The notes under the pieces are model-generated. The model had not been told where the DNA came from, did no database searches, and worked only from the letters and a program-made list of their open reading frames with translations. A DNA stretch of 63,044 nucleotides, the filler included, from Intoshia linei (lineage: Eukaryota; Animalia; Orthonectida): assembly GCA_001642005.1 (NCBI GenBank). It is 5 parts of 5 records of this genome, joined end to end, with 100 filler letters (N's around TTAATTAATTAA, not from the genome) between each part and the next. Parts side by side here need not be neighbours in the genome. Positions count along the whole stretch, not along the records: positions 1 to 30,680 come from LWCA01000353.1; 4 more parts are not named here. One strand, 5' to 3'. Positions 13,211 through 26,284 of this stretch are shown in pieces. Position 1 is the first letter of the stretch; the number at the start of each line of letters is the position of its first letter. The translations under genes were made by a program, and so were the position numbers.

Positions 13211-16200
13211 ATGAAATTATTAAATTTTTATTTTTTTATTATTTTCTATACAAGTTTCAAGTATTTTTCTTTTCAAAGCATTTTCACTACTTTCGACATT
13301 TTCGTATTTTGATAGCTAAATATAAAAATGTATTAAATGTACAAAATTTAAAAAATTTAAAAAGTTAAAATAATAAAAATTACACTAGGTTTGATCAGTT
13401 TAAACACTAATCTTTCATAGTTCATGGATTCACTGTCAACTTTGATTTCAACTTCAATTTTATCAAAAATTGAAATTTGTATATCCGGTCCGATTTTAAC
13501 AGTATTGTTCTAAGAAAATAACATTAATAATAAACAAACATTGCATTAAGTTGGTTACTAAAAATGTACAAACACAAGACCCTTCAAAAACTGACATTGA
13601 TACAAATAATACAATTTATCCACATTTTTTCAAGTCAGATGAATAATACAAGTAAAATTTATATTTAAAAATGATAATATTTTAAATTGAAATTAGTTTA
13701 CATTGATGAACATTGCAATAAAACAATTTATATAAACGCTACTGGTCGAATAGAAATGACTAGAGGATTAATACACACAGGTGAAATAAATTGCCATCTA
13801 ACATGTCTGACAAGCGACCATTATCACGATAGAATCAAATTAAAATTTCAAAGGGTAGAATTAAATTCATCTCCAGAAAAACAAGCAACATACATAAACA
13901 ACAAGTTTGACAAAATATGTCATCAATATTTAAGTCTTTATCAAGGAACAGATTTACAAAAAGATGGATTCATTTTACCAAAATTTCTACCCACAAATAC
14001 AAATTACACTTATCAACTCAAATTAAAAAATTGTGGTGAAAATAATCATTTACAAAATTTTTATACTGATCATTTCAGTCTTCACATTCTGTTGAGGGTC
14101 AAAACCAATTCTGTCAATCATGGTAGAGGATTCGAACTTATTTATACACTTTTTGATACAGGTTAAAATATCCTTTACTTATATCAATATGAATTTCTGT
14201 GTTGCCGTTTAATTAAAAATAAAAGTTCTATAATTTAAAAAACGCAATTTCTAATACTGGTTTTCGAGAGTCATGTAATATCTTAAATTTCATTATCATA
14301 AATTGAGGCCTTCAGGTCAAACACCCAAAGTAACCTTATTTTATAAAAAATTAAAATAGTCTAAGATTTTTAAAAAACATTTATTCTAGAGTTTTTAGAA
14401 TGATTAAGATTAATAAATCTCAACCCAGAAATTCACACTTTCACTGACAAAACCACAATAATCCCTTTTTTTTAAAAATAAATTTAGTCCGATAATTTAA
14501 AAAAAGTCTTAAAATTAAAGGCCACCCTTGGCAGAGCTATGTCCGTTTGTACAAAGTACATAAGAGTCAAGCTATTTATGCATAGAAAATTAATTATAAT
14601 TTCACATTAAAAATTTAAAAAATTCTTCAAATCATTGACTCTGGAAAATTAAAATATTCAATACATTGACATTTTAATTCAATAAAAAATAAGAAAATAT
14701 AGAAATTAATGCATACAATTAATTAATTGGAACAATTAACCAATATAAATTAAAAAAATTTATTATAAAAACAAATTTAGAACCATGTTTGTACAAAAAA
14801 ATTAAATGTGATGGAATCTGTATTCACCCAGATACAAAATGTGACAACTATGAACATTGCTCAGATGGGTTGGATGAAAAAAATTGTAAAAAAAGTAATT
14901 TATTATAGGCATATGATTGTGGTTAATGAACCATTATGATGGGTCGGCAAACTGTATACATCAAAAGCATCAAATGCTATTTTTTTATAAATATACTTGG
15001 TGCATAAATATCAAACTTTTTGGATACTCCTTAAATATATTCAATTTTAAATAATCATTATTTTCAGCTTTCAGTCAAAATTATAATTTATAAAATATAT
15101 AGGGCTTATTATTATTATTAAACATTTGGTACTGCACTTTCAAAGCCAAATTTAATAAAGGCTCTTTAAGTAATTATTGGAGTGGTTATGAGGCGGTTCT
15201 GAAGGAACATTGATGGATAATTCAAATTGGCTCGAAATTTTTTTATCATGCAGTAAATGACTATTTATTTTTATTAAATGTAGGTGATATGACCACAAAA
15301 AGGCTTACAACCATCGGCCCAAACCGTAAAACCCAAAAATACAGTTTGTCCATTAGAATAGACTCTAGATCAAAAATGTACAACGTGCGACCGTGAGATC
15401 GTTTATGGGCGGCCATATTATGATATATCCATCTGATTATAATGCAATATATAATTTTACTTCAAATTGAAAAGTTTAAATCCAATTTTATTCAATAGCT
15501 ATTTAAAATATTTTAATCAAAAAGTTACATTATTGACTTTGTGCCAGTTTCTCAAATGTTAACGAAGGGCACCAAAATTAAGGCAATCACTAATTTTTTT
15601 TTATGTAATTATTAATATTTACATATTTATTTTGATTTTTTTATGTCTTCCACTCTCATCTATCAACAATTCGATTTTTACTGTACTTTTTTCTGTCGTC
15701 CAATTATTATTAATTATTTACCGAAAAATTAATGATTAATGTTTTTTTAAAAAAATTGGTAAAAGGCGATTTTTCAAATTTTTTTAAAATCAGGTTTTTT
15801 CTTTTAGAATCAGATAAAGGAATTATTAATCTAAAAGTTTGGTAAAAAATGATTTTTCAGAAAAATATTGGTAAAAGCGATTTGTTTCTTTAAAAGTTGG
15901 TAAAATTGAGTTTTTTCTTTTCGGATCAGATAGAGTAATTTTTGTTCTAAAATTTTGGTTATTTCTCAAGTGGTTTTATTAAATTGGATGAAATATGCTG
16001 AAATTTTTAGATTCGCCTACAATCATCTAAAATGTATTCTGATTCAGATAAATGACAAATGTGGTGTTAATTTATATGAGTGAATTAAGGATTAATTGAA
16101 ATTGAAAATTATTTATTAAAACTTGCTGATATAAAAATATAAAGAAAACTATTTTATTAGACCTAAAATGTAGGTCCAGAGTAAACTCTGTCAATGTCAA

Positions 16201-16574
16201 AGTAAATTTTGTGCGGCCATAGTATCAATGAGAAAAGTAGTATTGTGGCTGAATTGGTGAAAACGTTGTGCACCCCTGCTCTAGATAATCTATTTTACTT
16301 TATATTGCAAATAATTTTTATGTTTTTAACAATTTTCCTAGATGAATTTACACAAATTTATATAAATTTACCAATAATCATACTTTTATCGACCATTGGA
16401 ATGATAATCGCGATAGTCATCATGGGCTGGTCTCTCAATAAATGTAAACAAATTTATTCAAGAAAAATTTACGAAAATAAACGGAAAATTTACAACATAC
16501 CAGAAAATGTTTTAAACCCAAAACCAAATTCTAAATTTGACTATCCCATTACAGAAAAATACGTTAATCATTAA
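13211..16574 (+). CDS. Single-pass membrane protein, signal peptide-CUB-LDLa-TM (NETO/LEV-10/LRP12-like architecture)
   Basis: Hydrophobic start MKLLNFYFFIIF. CUB exon (C...RIKLKFQRVEL...C..YLSLY...CG...GRGFELIY) ends at 14161. LDLa exon 14781-14894 (CDGICIHPDTKCDNYEHCSDGLDEKNC). TM exon 16342-16574. Splice phases compatible; 5' exon joins uncertain. Confidence 0.7.
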
Positions 16575-16627
16575 TAAATATACTTTTATTTAATTTAATT
16601 TATAAATCTAATTATCACTTTGTTACA

Positions 16628-19600
16628 TTAATGAATCACAAATTTGGGTTTATCGATCCCAGTGATTTTGTATGAAACCAAACTTAAACTTAAAAAACTT
16701 AACATTTAGCAATCAACAGTACAATTCGTAGATAAACCTTTGATTAATTAGGATAAGATAAAATTATATAAATATAAAAAACCGTTTCATCATGAACCAC
16801 TGGAACACTAAGGTTTAATTTATCTAAGAAAATGTTTCCTTCCAGTCCATATTTGTTGACCACAATCTGAATAGCATTTTTGCGGATATATAGTATATTA
16901 GCTGTTTCTCTGAGAATTTTGTCACGAAAGAAAATCTAGAAATAACTACTTAATGAAAAATATAATGTAATTTCTTAAATTGTAACAACCAACGCTGTCG
17001 ATAATTTTAAGTTTTAACAGCATTACTAACATGAACGTTGGTTAGTTTAGCCAGGGCTTAAAAATTTTAAAATTTCTAACCAGTTTCACTAATTCCATAA
17101 CGGTTGAGATTTTCACATTATAATAGTGCAACAGAAAAGTAAATAAACAATTAAAATAAAATTACAAGAGTGTGAAGCCTAGCTGAATCTCTAGACGCTT
17201 TTCTGGCCATGCTGGTGCGATAATTTAAATTGGCGCAAATTTCCTACAATATAAAATAAACAAATAATAAATAAATTTAATACTTTTAGCTTATTTTTAT
17301 CAGTTTCTACTATATCGGGGTTATTCATTCCTATTGCTACTGAAAGTAATCTATGCACCATCATATCGGCATATCTAAATAAAATTTTAAAATTAAAAAC
17401 AAAAAAAACTTAAAAATTAAATGATACCTTCGAATAGGAGAAGTAAAATGTGTGTATATATCAGTGGCTAAACCAAAGTGTTTAAATGCAGATTCCGGTT
17501 CGCAACCTGATGAAAAGTACAGCGCCTCTTTAAGACACTTCATAGTCAAAATAATCATACTTTTGTGAACTTGCTTAGACGTTGACATTTTTTTAAACGA
17601 TTCAGCTATCGATTTATTACTTGAACAATCAAAATCGAAACCCTATAAAATTCATATAGAACAGAACATACAATAGATATTTTTATAATTAAAGACGTCA
17701 CTAATTAACTTGAACAAATTACTAGCGATTTCACAATTAATACTTTACCATTCAATATCCTCAATAATTTAGTATAAAATGTATGTTTGTTTATGGGTGT
17801 CTAGTAGAAATCCAACCATTTTTACTAAAAATCAAAATTTACCAACACTAAAAAAAAAATCCAGTTTTATTGACCATAAAAAATAAAATTCCAGTTTTAC
17901 TAACCCTAATAAGAAAAATTCGGTTTTAAAAATCCTAAACTTTTATTATTAAAGCTTTTAAATTTGGGATTTTTACCTTAAAAATTGGTAAAAGTGGATT
18001 TTAAGTAAAAATGGTTGAGTTTAAGAATATTCTCTTTACTTATTTGATAGCATTTATTTATAAAAGTAATAAGCATAAAGTTTTAAGAATACCATTATAT
18101 ATTTTTTCGAGTGTGAAGTTTTATCACAACGTTGCATTTTCAGAAATTGAGTCCTTCAAGGACAAAAACCCCAATTTTTCTTTTTTTTTAAAATTGAAAC
18201 AAGTCCTAGAATTATAAAAAATACACAATCTGATAAGAATTTAAATTTATCCACATGATAAATTTCAATTTCAAAATCTTATATCTTCCAGCCAAAACCC
18301 CAAATTACCTTTTTTTGTAAAAATGTAAAAAGTCATAAAATTATATACAACATAAATTGGGAATAAGTTTTAAAATTATAAATATTATCGAAGGACGCAT
18401 AAACAAGCGGTTTTTCTTTTTAAAAGGATGTTTATAGATATACAGTAAAAATCTTTATTAATGGAATTAAAAATTTCGGCATTTCCGTTAATATAGAATT
18501 TTCCCCATAGTAACACCCTAGTCAACGAAATTTGAATTTTTTTAAATAAAAAATATTAAATGGTTATATTTCTTGTTATGAGTTTTTGAATAATACATGA
18601 CCAAGTAATATGCACAAAACATTATCAACGGGTCTACATCAGTTCTTTGGGTCTGTGAAAAATTGAATGAATTTTAAATTATTTACAGATATAAAATAAA
18701 GTAAAAAAATTTGATAAAAGAGACACACGTAATAAATAGACTTCTAATTAGTACAAAAATGAGTTGATATTTATAATTCTCTTAAAAACAGATTCTAGAG
18801 CTTTAGAGATCAAAATTATTATTAACGGAATTTTTGGTTTATATAAATTAGTTAAGATAAAATAAATAATTTAAACTTTCGTTAATATGGAATTTCCGCT
18901 AACAAAAATTCCGTTAATAAGGACTTATACTGTATTTTGAAACAGCTTTTTAATTTCATTTGTTTCTAATTTGTAATAATAGATGTAAGGCGATTTTGAA
19001 ATAAATTTAAAATAATCATGTATTGGTTTTTCGTTTTAAAACTGTTATAACGGTTATTCTTCTTTCAAATTTAAGTGGCATTTTTGGATAAGTTTATATT
19101 ATAACCAAATAAAAAAAGAAATTTTCATGTAATTTTTTAAAAATTTAAGACGGCATTTTAGGATAGACATTGAAAGTGGTTTATAAGTTTACCAGTCTAA
19201 TAATTTAAAAAATATACACTCTGATACAGATTTTAAAATCACTGACATTGTCATACATTTAAATTTCAAAACATTATTTCTTCAAGGCCAAAACCCATAA
19301 TTACCTTTTTAATGTTTATGATTTTAACATCCGTATCAGCGTATATATTTTTTTAAATTCTCCAACTCGTTTGATTTTCAAAAAGAGAGAAAATTGAGGT
19401 TTTTGACCAATAAGATGTGAGTTTGGCAGTTTGAAATTTATCTTATTATCCTCCGGAAAAAATTGTAATTGAAATGTGGACTTTATATCATTCTAAAACT
19501 GATAGTTATTGAAATAAAGTGGAACACACACACAAACCAATATTGCGTAGCATTATATAAGTAATGATTTTTTTAAAATTGTAAAAATTGTTTTTAGGGT

Positions 19601-22295
19601 AGTTTCTAAATAAATTAAAAAAATTTAACAATTTTTTCATATGAAACGACTTTTAGGGTTTATTTACTTGCTATTTTTCGACACGTTTTTGAATATATTC
19701 AGAAAGTGGATTTTAATTTTATTTTTTGGAAAAAAAAAGTAGGGTCAGTTTCTAAATAAATGAAAAAAAAGATGTATCTGTATTTCGGATTAATTTAACA
19801 GTTTTAATGGCAACTTTTCTTCAAAATTTTAAGTTTATTTGAATCATATCTTTTGGATAAGTTTATATTAGATACCAATCTAAAGAATTTTTAGAATAAT
19901 TTTTTAAAATTTAACACGGTTTTTTTTAGATATCTTTTGAAAGGAGTTTTTAACGCTATTTTGTTTCAAATTTTAAAAAGAATTTTAGGGTTATTTTCTA
20001 AATAACTTAAAAGAATATAATCGTTTTTTCAAATAAACGTTATTTTACTGGCTATTCTTAAAAAATTTTATTTATATACTTTTGAAAGCGTTTTTAAGAT
20101 TTTTTTTCGATAAGTATTAATTAATTTTAGGAATATTTTATAATTAAATATAATGCTAAATCAGGAAGAACCATCTCATAAAAAGATTATACCTTGCTTG
20201 ATGCAATTTCCACAATTGATTTAAAATCTGCGGCAGACGGAACAGGATGTCGTCTTAAAATGGCATAGTTAGGAAACACCGAGTGTATTTTCTTAGCAAC
20301 ACTTATATTAGCAAGCAACATGTATTCTTCAACCATTGCATTAGTATCATAGTTTGATTTAAGTTGCACATCTATTGCATGGTTTTTAGTTTCATCAACA
20401 AAAAACATAAACTGTTCAGAACTTTGCAGCATCAGAGCACCGGAATCAATGCGCGTTTTCCGTAAAGTTTTAGCAATCTTATTAAGAAGAAACAAACTAT
20501 TTGAAATTTCATCATTTGATTTGTCATTTTTAGCCTGAACGTCTATTCGCTTCTGAGCTTGTTCATATGTTAGCGAAGCTTTCGATTTTATCACACTTTT
20601 GGTAAATACGGTATTTATTATATTATAGTCCTTATCCAAAGTCCAAATTGTCGAAAAAGCTAACCTATCTACACCACATTTTAAGGAACATAAATCTGAG
20701 CTGAGTCTTTCTGGAATCATGTCGATACGTCTGTCAATTAAATATACAGTAGAAGCTCTCACACAAGCCTCACGATCAATATATGTATTTGGTTTTATGT
20801 AATATGAAACATCAGCAATGTGAACACCAATTTCAATTGTTGAATCTGGGTGCAATTCGATATGCAGTGCGTCATCAATATCAGTACAACCTGGAGGGTC
20901 GACACTGACAATACACTTATTTCTAAAATCTTTTCGTCCAACTAAATCAGGTTCAGTAATTTTCCAATCGTCCTTTGGCAAACAAGCCAAAACCGATTGA
21001 CTGAACGGCGCATAATTAATATCACATTCAATCAACAACAGTTCATTCTCTGTGGCTTTATCTCCTTTGGCTCCGAGACATCGTATAAAATGCCCCCGTG
21101 GAAACTTTGAATCGACAAGCCATTCGTCTATTGATACTACAATTCTCTGAGATCTCAAAACGTCAGCTTTTTTTGTTTCAATTCGAATAAACGGAATTTT
21201 CCGGTTTATAGGTCTAACTAAATGACTACGTTGTTTGTCGGTCAATGAATCCATTAAAGCTCCACAGAAATGGCGATATTTTCTTTTAAGTATACCAACA
21301 ATTTTAACAGATTTATAATTTGACTTTTTTATGCATTTATTTGAGTCTACCATTTCAACATTTTCTGATTCAAATTCAATAATTGGTTTTTCAAAAGCTT
21401 CATCTACTACAAGATTACTGGGAACTTTCCAATTGTCTTCAGGTAAGACCTCTACAGCCACCGTATCTCCATCTATAGCTCTGTTCATGTGCAACAACCC
21501 AAAAACATACACAATTTCATCTTCCCCGATTCGTACTGTTGCTTCATTTCGATTATGTGACGTAACTGAAAATTTCCCTTTATAAATGACTCCTTTTAGG
21601 ATTTTCTCAAACATGGTTTTATTCTCTAAATGAAAATCGTAAATTTTTTCTTGGTCCTTATCCAAATAATTCGTCAACTGTATTAATTTATCAGATAAGT
21701 CTCCAAATGAATGCTGAATTTCATTTTTGTCGTCGACTATAAAATCATAAATAGTAAAAAACTTTTCAGTCATCACATTTTTATACAATTCTATATCATT
21801 AGTTACAACATAACCGTCAACATTCATATGAGAACAAATGTAATCCCTTGCTTTAATTACAGCTCGCAAATTTCTTTTCTCAGTTGTCTCGTGTTTCGTA
21901 AAATCTGTAAAAGTTAAATCAAAGTTTTCGTTTGCAAAACAATAAAAAGTATTGTCATTGTTTATACGACACAGCAAGCGTTTAAATATTGAAAACGATT
22001 TTTTTTTCAATTTTTCATATACAGTTCCACATATCACGACATTTTTTAAATTTTCAATTACGTCAAATTGATTACGGATTGCAGAATAATCTGGAAAAAT
22101 GTACATTTTTTCATTTGATATGATAGAATCATTTATTGGTTTGGGTTTAGTAATAGGATAACATTTTATACATTTGTCGTAAATTCCACACGGTATGTTT
22201 GATCTTAAATGGTACAGATTTGTCTTTTTAACTACATCTCCTCGCGATGTTTTTATATAATTTTCGACATGTTTTATGCATGAAAATTCATTCAT
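16628..22295 (-). CDS. DIS3: Exosome catalytic subunit DIS3/Rrp44 (exon 1 22295-20193, then 17642-17428, 17374-17284, 17243-17166, 16935-16783, last exon uncertain)
   Basis: CR3 motif YHLRSNIPCG..KC.KC, PIN fold, NRAIDGDTVAVE, RNB motifs SVDPPGCTDIDDALH, GVHIADVS, VEEYMLLAN, LRRHP and HFTSPIRRYAD. Confidence 0.93.
18443..18932. mobile_element. pogo/Tigger-like MITE in DIS3 intron 1
   Basis: TA|cagtaaaaatctttattaatggaa ... ttccgttaataaggacttatactg|TA, with internal ttccgttaa/ttaacggaa repeats. Confidence 0.65.
19310..19567 (-). mobile_element. Helitron 5'-terminal fragment
   Basis: Near-identical to 52440-52689. On the minus strand it begins A|TCattacttatataatgctacgc followed by a (TG)n tract. 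Confidence 0.7.
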
Positions 22296-22349
22296 TTCAG
22301 TATTTTTATTTTATCGCTCACTTTTTTAGTGAAAAATATTTGTTTTAGA

Positions 22350-22365
22350 AATTTGACGTCAAATT
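22350..22365. promoter_or_regulatory. Perfect 16-bp palindrome containing a full CRE (TGACGTCA) in the DIS3/MAPR divergent promoter region
   Basis: aatttgacgtcaaatt, 55 bp upstream of the DIS3 ATG. Confidence 0.4.
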
Positions 22366-22950
22366 AAGTGGTTTATTAATTTTAATCGATTTTTGTGTAC
22401 GTTTAATTTACAGTTTTAAGTTATGGGTTGCGCACCAGTGACCTTAAAAATGAGTGAACACTAGTGTTCGAAAAAAGGTTTTGTTGAAAGAAGATTTATT
22501 CACAAAATTGTCAACAAAATTCATTAATTTAAAAATCAAATATTAATTGATGTAAAATTAAAAATGCATAATAGACACAAATGGATCAAAAGAATAAAAA
22601 TATATTATACAGTACAAAAGTATACGCTACGACAAAATAAACCAATCTAAAACAATTAATTTTATAACAACGCAAATGAACTAAAAAGACAATGAATTTG
22701 AAACAATTCAAAAATTTATAGTCAATCAAGTGCATAATTATACTTGACATCACATCAGCCAGTACACACCATGTGACTTGTCCAAATGTATTCAATGAAA
22801 ACTAAAAAATGAAAAGTATAATCAAATTAAATATAGAAAATAAATCACTAAGCGATACAAATGAACAAATAAAATGTAAACATGGAATCCAAATAAACTA
22901 TTTTACAGAAATGATAATTTAAAATGATGCTAAATATAAATAATTAAAAA

Positions 22951-23568
22951 ATGTCATTCATAACAGATTTATTTAACGAACTGATACACTCACCATTCAA
23001 CATAGTCCTGACAATTGTTTCGATAGTTTTAATCTACAAAATATATGTTGCTAAAAAAAAATCAAAACTTGAAAAGAAGGCTAAAGTGATTGAAGGTTGT
23101 ATAAAATTAAAAACTAGAAACTATACATTGGAACAGCTCCGACAATACAATGGAAAGAAACCTGGATGCAGTAATATTTTGATTGCAATTAGAAATAATG
23201 TATACGATGTTTCGAAAAGCAGAGATACATATTCAGAAGGTAATTAATAAAGTAGTTTTAATTTAAATGAATCATTATTTAGACGGTCGGTATGCAATTT
23301 TAGCAGGTGGTGATGCTTCCAGAGCTTTGGCTACATTTACATTGAAAGTCAGCGACACTTATGATGATTTGAATAACTTGACTCCAGATCAAATCAAACA
23401 TTTGAACGAATGGGAAAGACAATTCAAAGGTATTTTTAATCTTTGTGTGACGGGGAGTCAATTTTGGTTTTAGAAAAATATGAAATTGTTGGACAGTTAC
23501 TCAAACCTGACGAAATTATTACAGATTACACCAATACTACAAGTGAATCGGAAAAAGAAGACAATTGA
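22951..23568 (+). CDS. PGRMC: Membrane-associated progesterone receptor (PGRMC/MAPR) cytochrome b5-like protein (exons 22951-23239, 23283-23429, 23474-23568)
   Basis: N-terminal TM helix, then YTLEQLRQYNG, ILIAI...VYDVS, DGRYAILAGGDASRALATF, LNEWERQF|KYEIVGQLLKP. Confidence 0.88.
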
Positions 23569-24007
23569 AAAGTGTATTATTATATTAAACCGTTACTATG
23601 ATAAATTTTTTTGGAAATAATTTATTTGTCATGATTTTTTCCAATTTGAGAATATTCGAGAATAGATATGGGTTAAACTCATCTTAATGAGATTCTGCAT
23701 GGATGGCTGTATGTAAACAGATGAAATGTTTGTAAAATTGATCATTTAAAAAAACCTTGTTTTCAATAACATAACGGTCTATCCCAGGTCCATTGAAAAT
23801 GTATGGCTATATGGTACTAAACATCCTTTACGAAAATTGAATTAAATCAGTAAAAGTTAAAAGGGGAATATGCTCATTAGGGCTGTTCAAAAAAAAATTA
23901 CCACATGACCAGAGAGTATGCTTTGGTATGTGAAAAATAATATGCTGTTATTAAAAATTCGCAATTCTCAAAAAACATTAAACGGAATTCGATTAATAAC
24001 TTTAAAA

Positions 24008-24110
24008 TCCTAACTTATATAAAATGTGACGCGATTTTTGTTTGTGTGTGTTCAGCTTTATTTAAATAACTACCCATCTTATAATTTTTTAAAGACCACA
24101 TTTCAAACAG
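24008..24110 (+). mobile_element. Helitron 5' end fragment
   Basis: A|TCctaacttatataaaatgtgacgc...(TG)n, same as 61637 onward. Confidence 0.65.
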
Positions 24111-24338
24111 CGCGCGAAAACCTTAAAAAGGAAAACAGCTTAATGTTTTTACGGTAAATTTTTCTAAAAATATATTTTTTAGGGGTTTTTAGTACCCTCT
24201 TGATCGTGGTATAGGATATTTTCAACAAAAATTAATTTTTGTAAAAAACGAACAGCCCTAATGCTCATATTATAAACAATACTAAAAGTGAATACGAAAA
24301 TGTGATAATTAACATGTATTATTAAATTAAATCGTAGT

Positions 24339-25327
24339 CTACGAATCAACGTCATCGTAAGGAGGCAACAAGAATTGAAATTGATTTTTTTTCCGAATGC
24401 ACAGTTTGGTGAATGTTGCATTATTAGCTTCTAGTTTTTCTTGCGACCAATGCATTACCGAATAAATATAATTAATCATAGATTCTCGATTGGTGTGAAG
24501 AGTTTTCATGAGTTCCCGATTAACTTGTTCTGCTACCCTGTCTCGTTTAGATTGGTCCAGAAGGTGTTTATTGGGCGACAGATTGTAATCATCGAATATT
24601 ATGAATGATATAACTTCCTCAATGCTTTCCAAAATGGAAGGATTCATATCGCAATAAGGTATGAGGTTTATTTGGGCAAATTGAATCATATCTACCTTGT
24701 TGCTACTCTTTCTAACAAATTCAATCAATTGCTGTAACTAATTAAAGCTATTGAAAAATAAAACTATGTATTACCTGTAATTCAAAATACATGGCGGGAT
24801 TAGTATGAAAAAAGTAAATAAATTCTTCATTAATCTAAAGTGAACGTTAATGTATTTAAGACTGGTTCCCAACAATCTATAAAAAATCAAAACATAAACT
24901 AAAAATTTTAGCATCACCTGTTGTATCGTCATTGTTAGGAACCGAAAATAGTACCATATTAATCGCTTCCATTATGTTACCCTCATAAATAAACTCCATA
25001 ATTTTCCGCCTCTCTAAAACCTTGCAATAGTTTTGTTTCTGATAAAGCTTGGATTCTTTATTAAAACATTCGGCAGTTGATTTATACCCTTCTAATTAAA
25101 AATTAAAATAAAACATGTCACAAAATACCATTATACAAATATTCCAGAACAATTTCATTTAGTTTATTTCTAGATAATTCTTTTTTGCAAAAATCCGTCT
25201 CCCACTCCTCGCCCAAGGAAATTTTATTATCTTCTAAAGGAGTCGATACGGACTGACCATCAACAATCTCATCATTATATTTAAAACCTGAAGCTACAAA
25301 TGGTTCACTCACTTCTTCAACTTGCAT
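24339..25327 (-). CDS. GID8: GID8/TWA1 CTLH-complex subunit (LisH-CTLH-CRA), about 4 exons
   Basis: LNEIVLEYL..|GYKSTAECF (LisH), RRKIMEFIYEGNIMEAI (CTLH), LQQLIEFVR...AQ.NL and LLDQSKRDRVAEQVN (CRA). Confidence 0.8.
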
Positions 25328-25376
25328 AGTTAAATTTTAATAAATAAAGTTTATTTGTTGTCATATTTCTGTTATA

Positions 25377-26271
25377 ATGCTAAAAAATATTGTCAAATTT
25401 GCAAGTAGTTTGGGTGTGGCGTCCAAGAGGCGGTTACTTAACATTTATATAGTTATTTATACATTTAGCATTTCTGGAACTTTAATGAATCAAATGAAAA
25501 ATTTTTGGTCGAAAAATGCATTGTTGAATAGACCTATGTCACCATGGATAATTTATAGGTTTCCTATTTGGTAATCTGTTGATATTTTTTGTGTAGCTTT
25601 AAAATACCCATGATGGCTTCGATTAGTCACCGAATTGCAGGTTTTACGGCCGCTTCAAGTTTTGTTATTTTGAACCTATTAATTTTATTCTAGTCGCGTT
25701 AGTTTTACCAATTTCTTTGATAGTTTTTCCTGGTGGAGCCAAAAAATTATCCGAAATTTTAATAGAGATAGATATTCCAGCGTACCTGCGGATACCCATC
25801 AAATTCGCCATCATATTTCCTCTTGTTTATCATGGAGCGGATAGTGGTAAGCGTATGGTAAGTATACTACAGTATTGTTTCCTAACTCGCCTTTAATTTA
25901 AAATTAAATTAGGTTTTAAAACCATTCTCAAATTAAGTTATTTTGTATTACAATTTACATTTTATTGAATTTAAAATCTCTATCGCCAACTATTTCTAAA
26001 TCCCAAGAAATGCGAGTTATAGAGAGAATACTGTATTTTATAAATGTAAGAGGTTAACGACCTGATATATCTTAACTAGTTACAAAAAATATGTATTGCG
26101 TTAATTTTTTAAAACTACATAAAATCTGTTTAGTTACGTGATTTTGGTTATGGAGCAACAGTGTCAACCCAAACAAAATTGTCAATTCTTATGTTTGTGG
26201 TTGCTTTAATGATTACATCAAATTTTATAAATATGAGTGAACAAATTAAGAAACAAACAAAAACAATGTAA
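25377..26271 (+). CDS. SDHC: Succinate dehydrogenase cytochrome b large subunit, divergent, multi-exon (last exon 26134-26271)
   Basis: FWSKNALLNRPMSPW.IY, MASISHRIAG, KF.IIFPLVYH and RDFGYG followed by a TM helix. Confidence 0.8.
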
Positions 26272-26284
26272 TAGAAAATAAATA

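Noticed and set aside
21331-21917. Plus-strand ORFs inside DIS3 (also 44438-44659, 59431-59649, 59794-59985, 8501-8695)
   Set aside because: Antisense or alternate-frame shadows of real exons.
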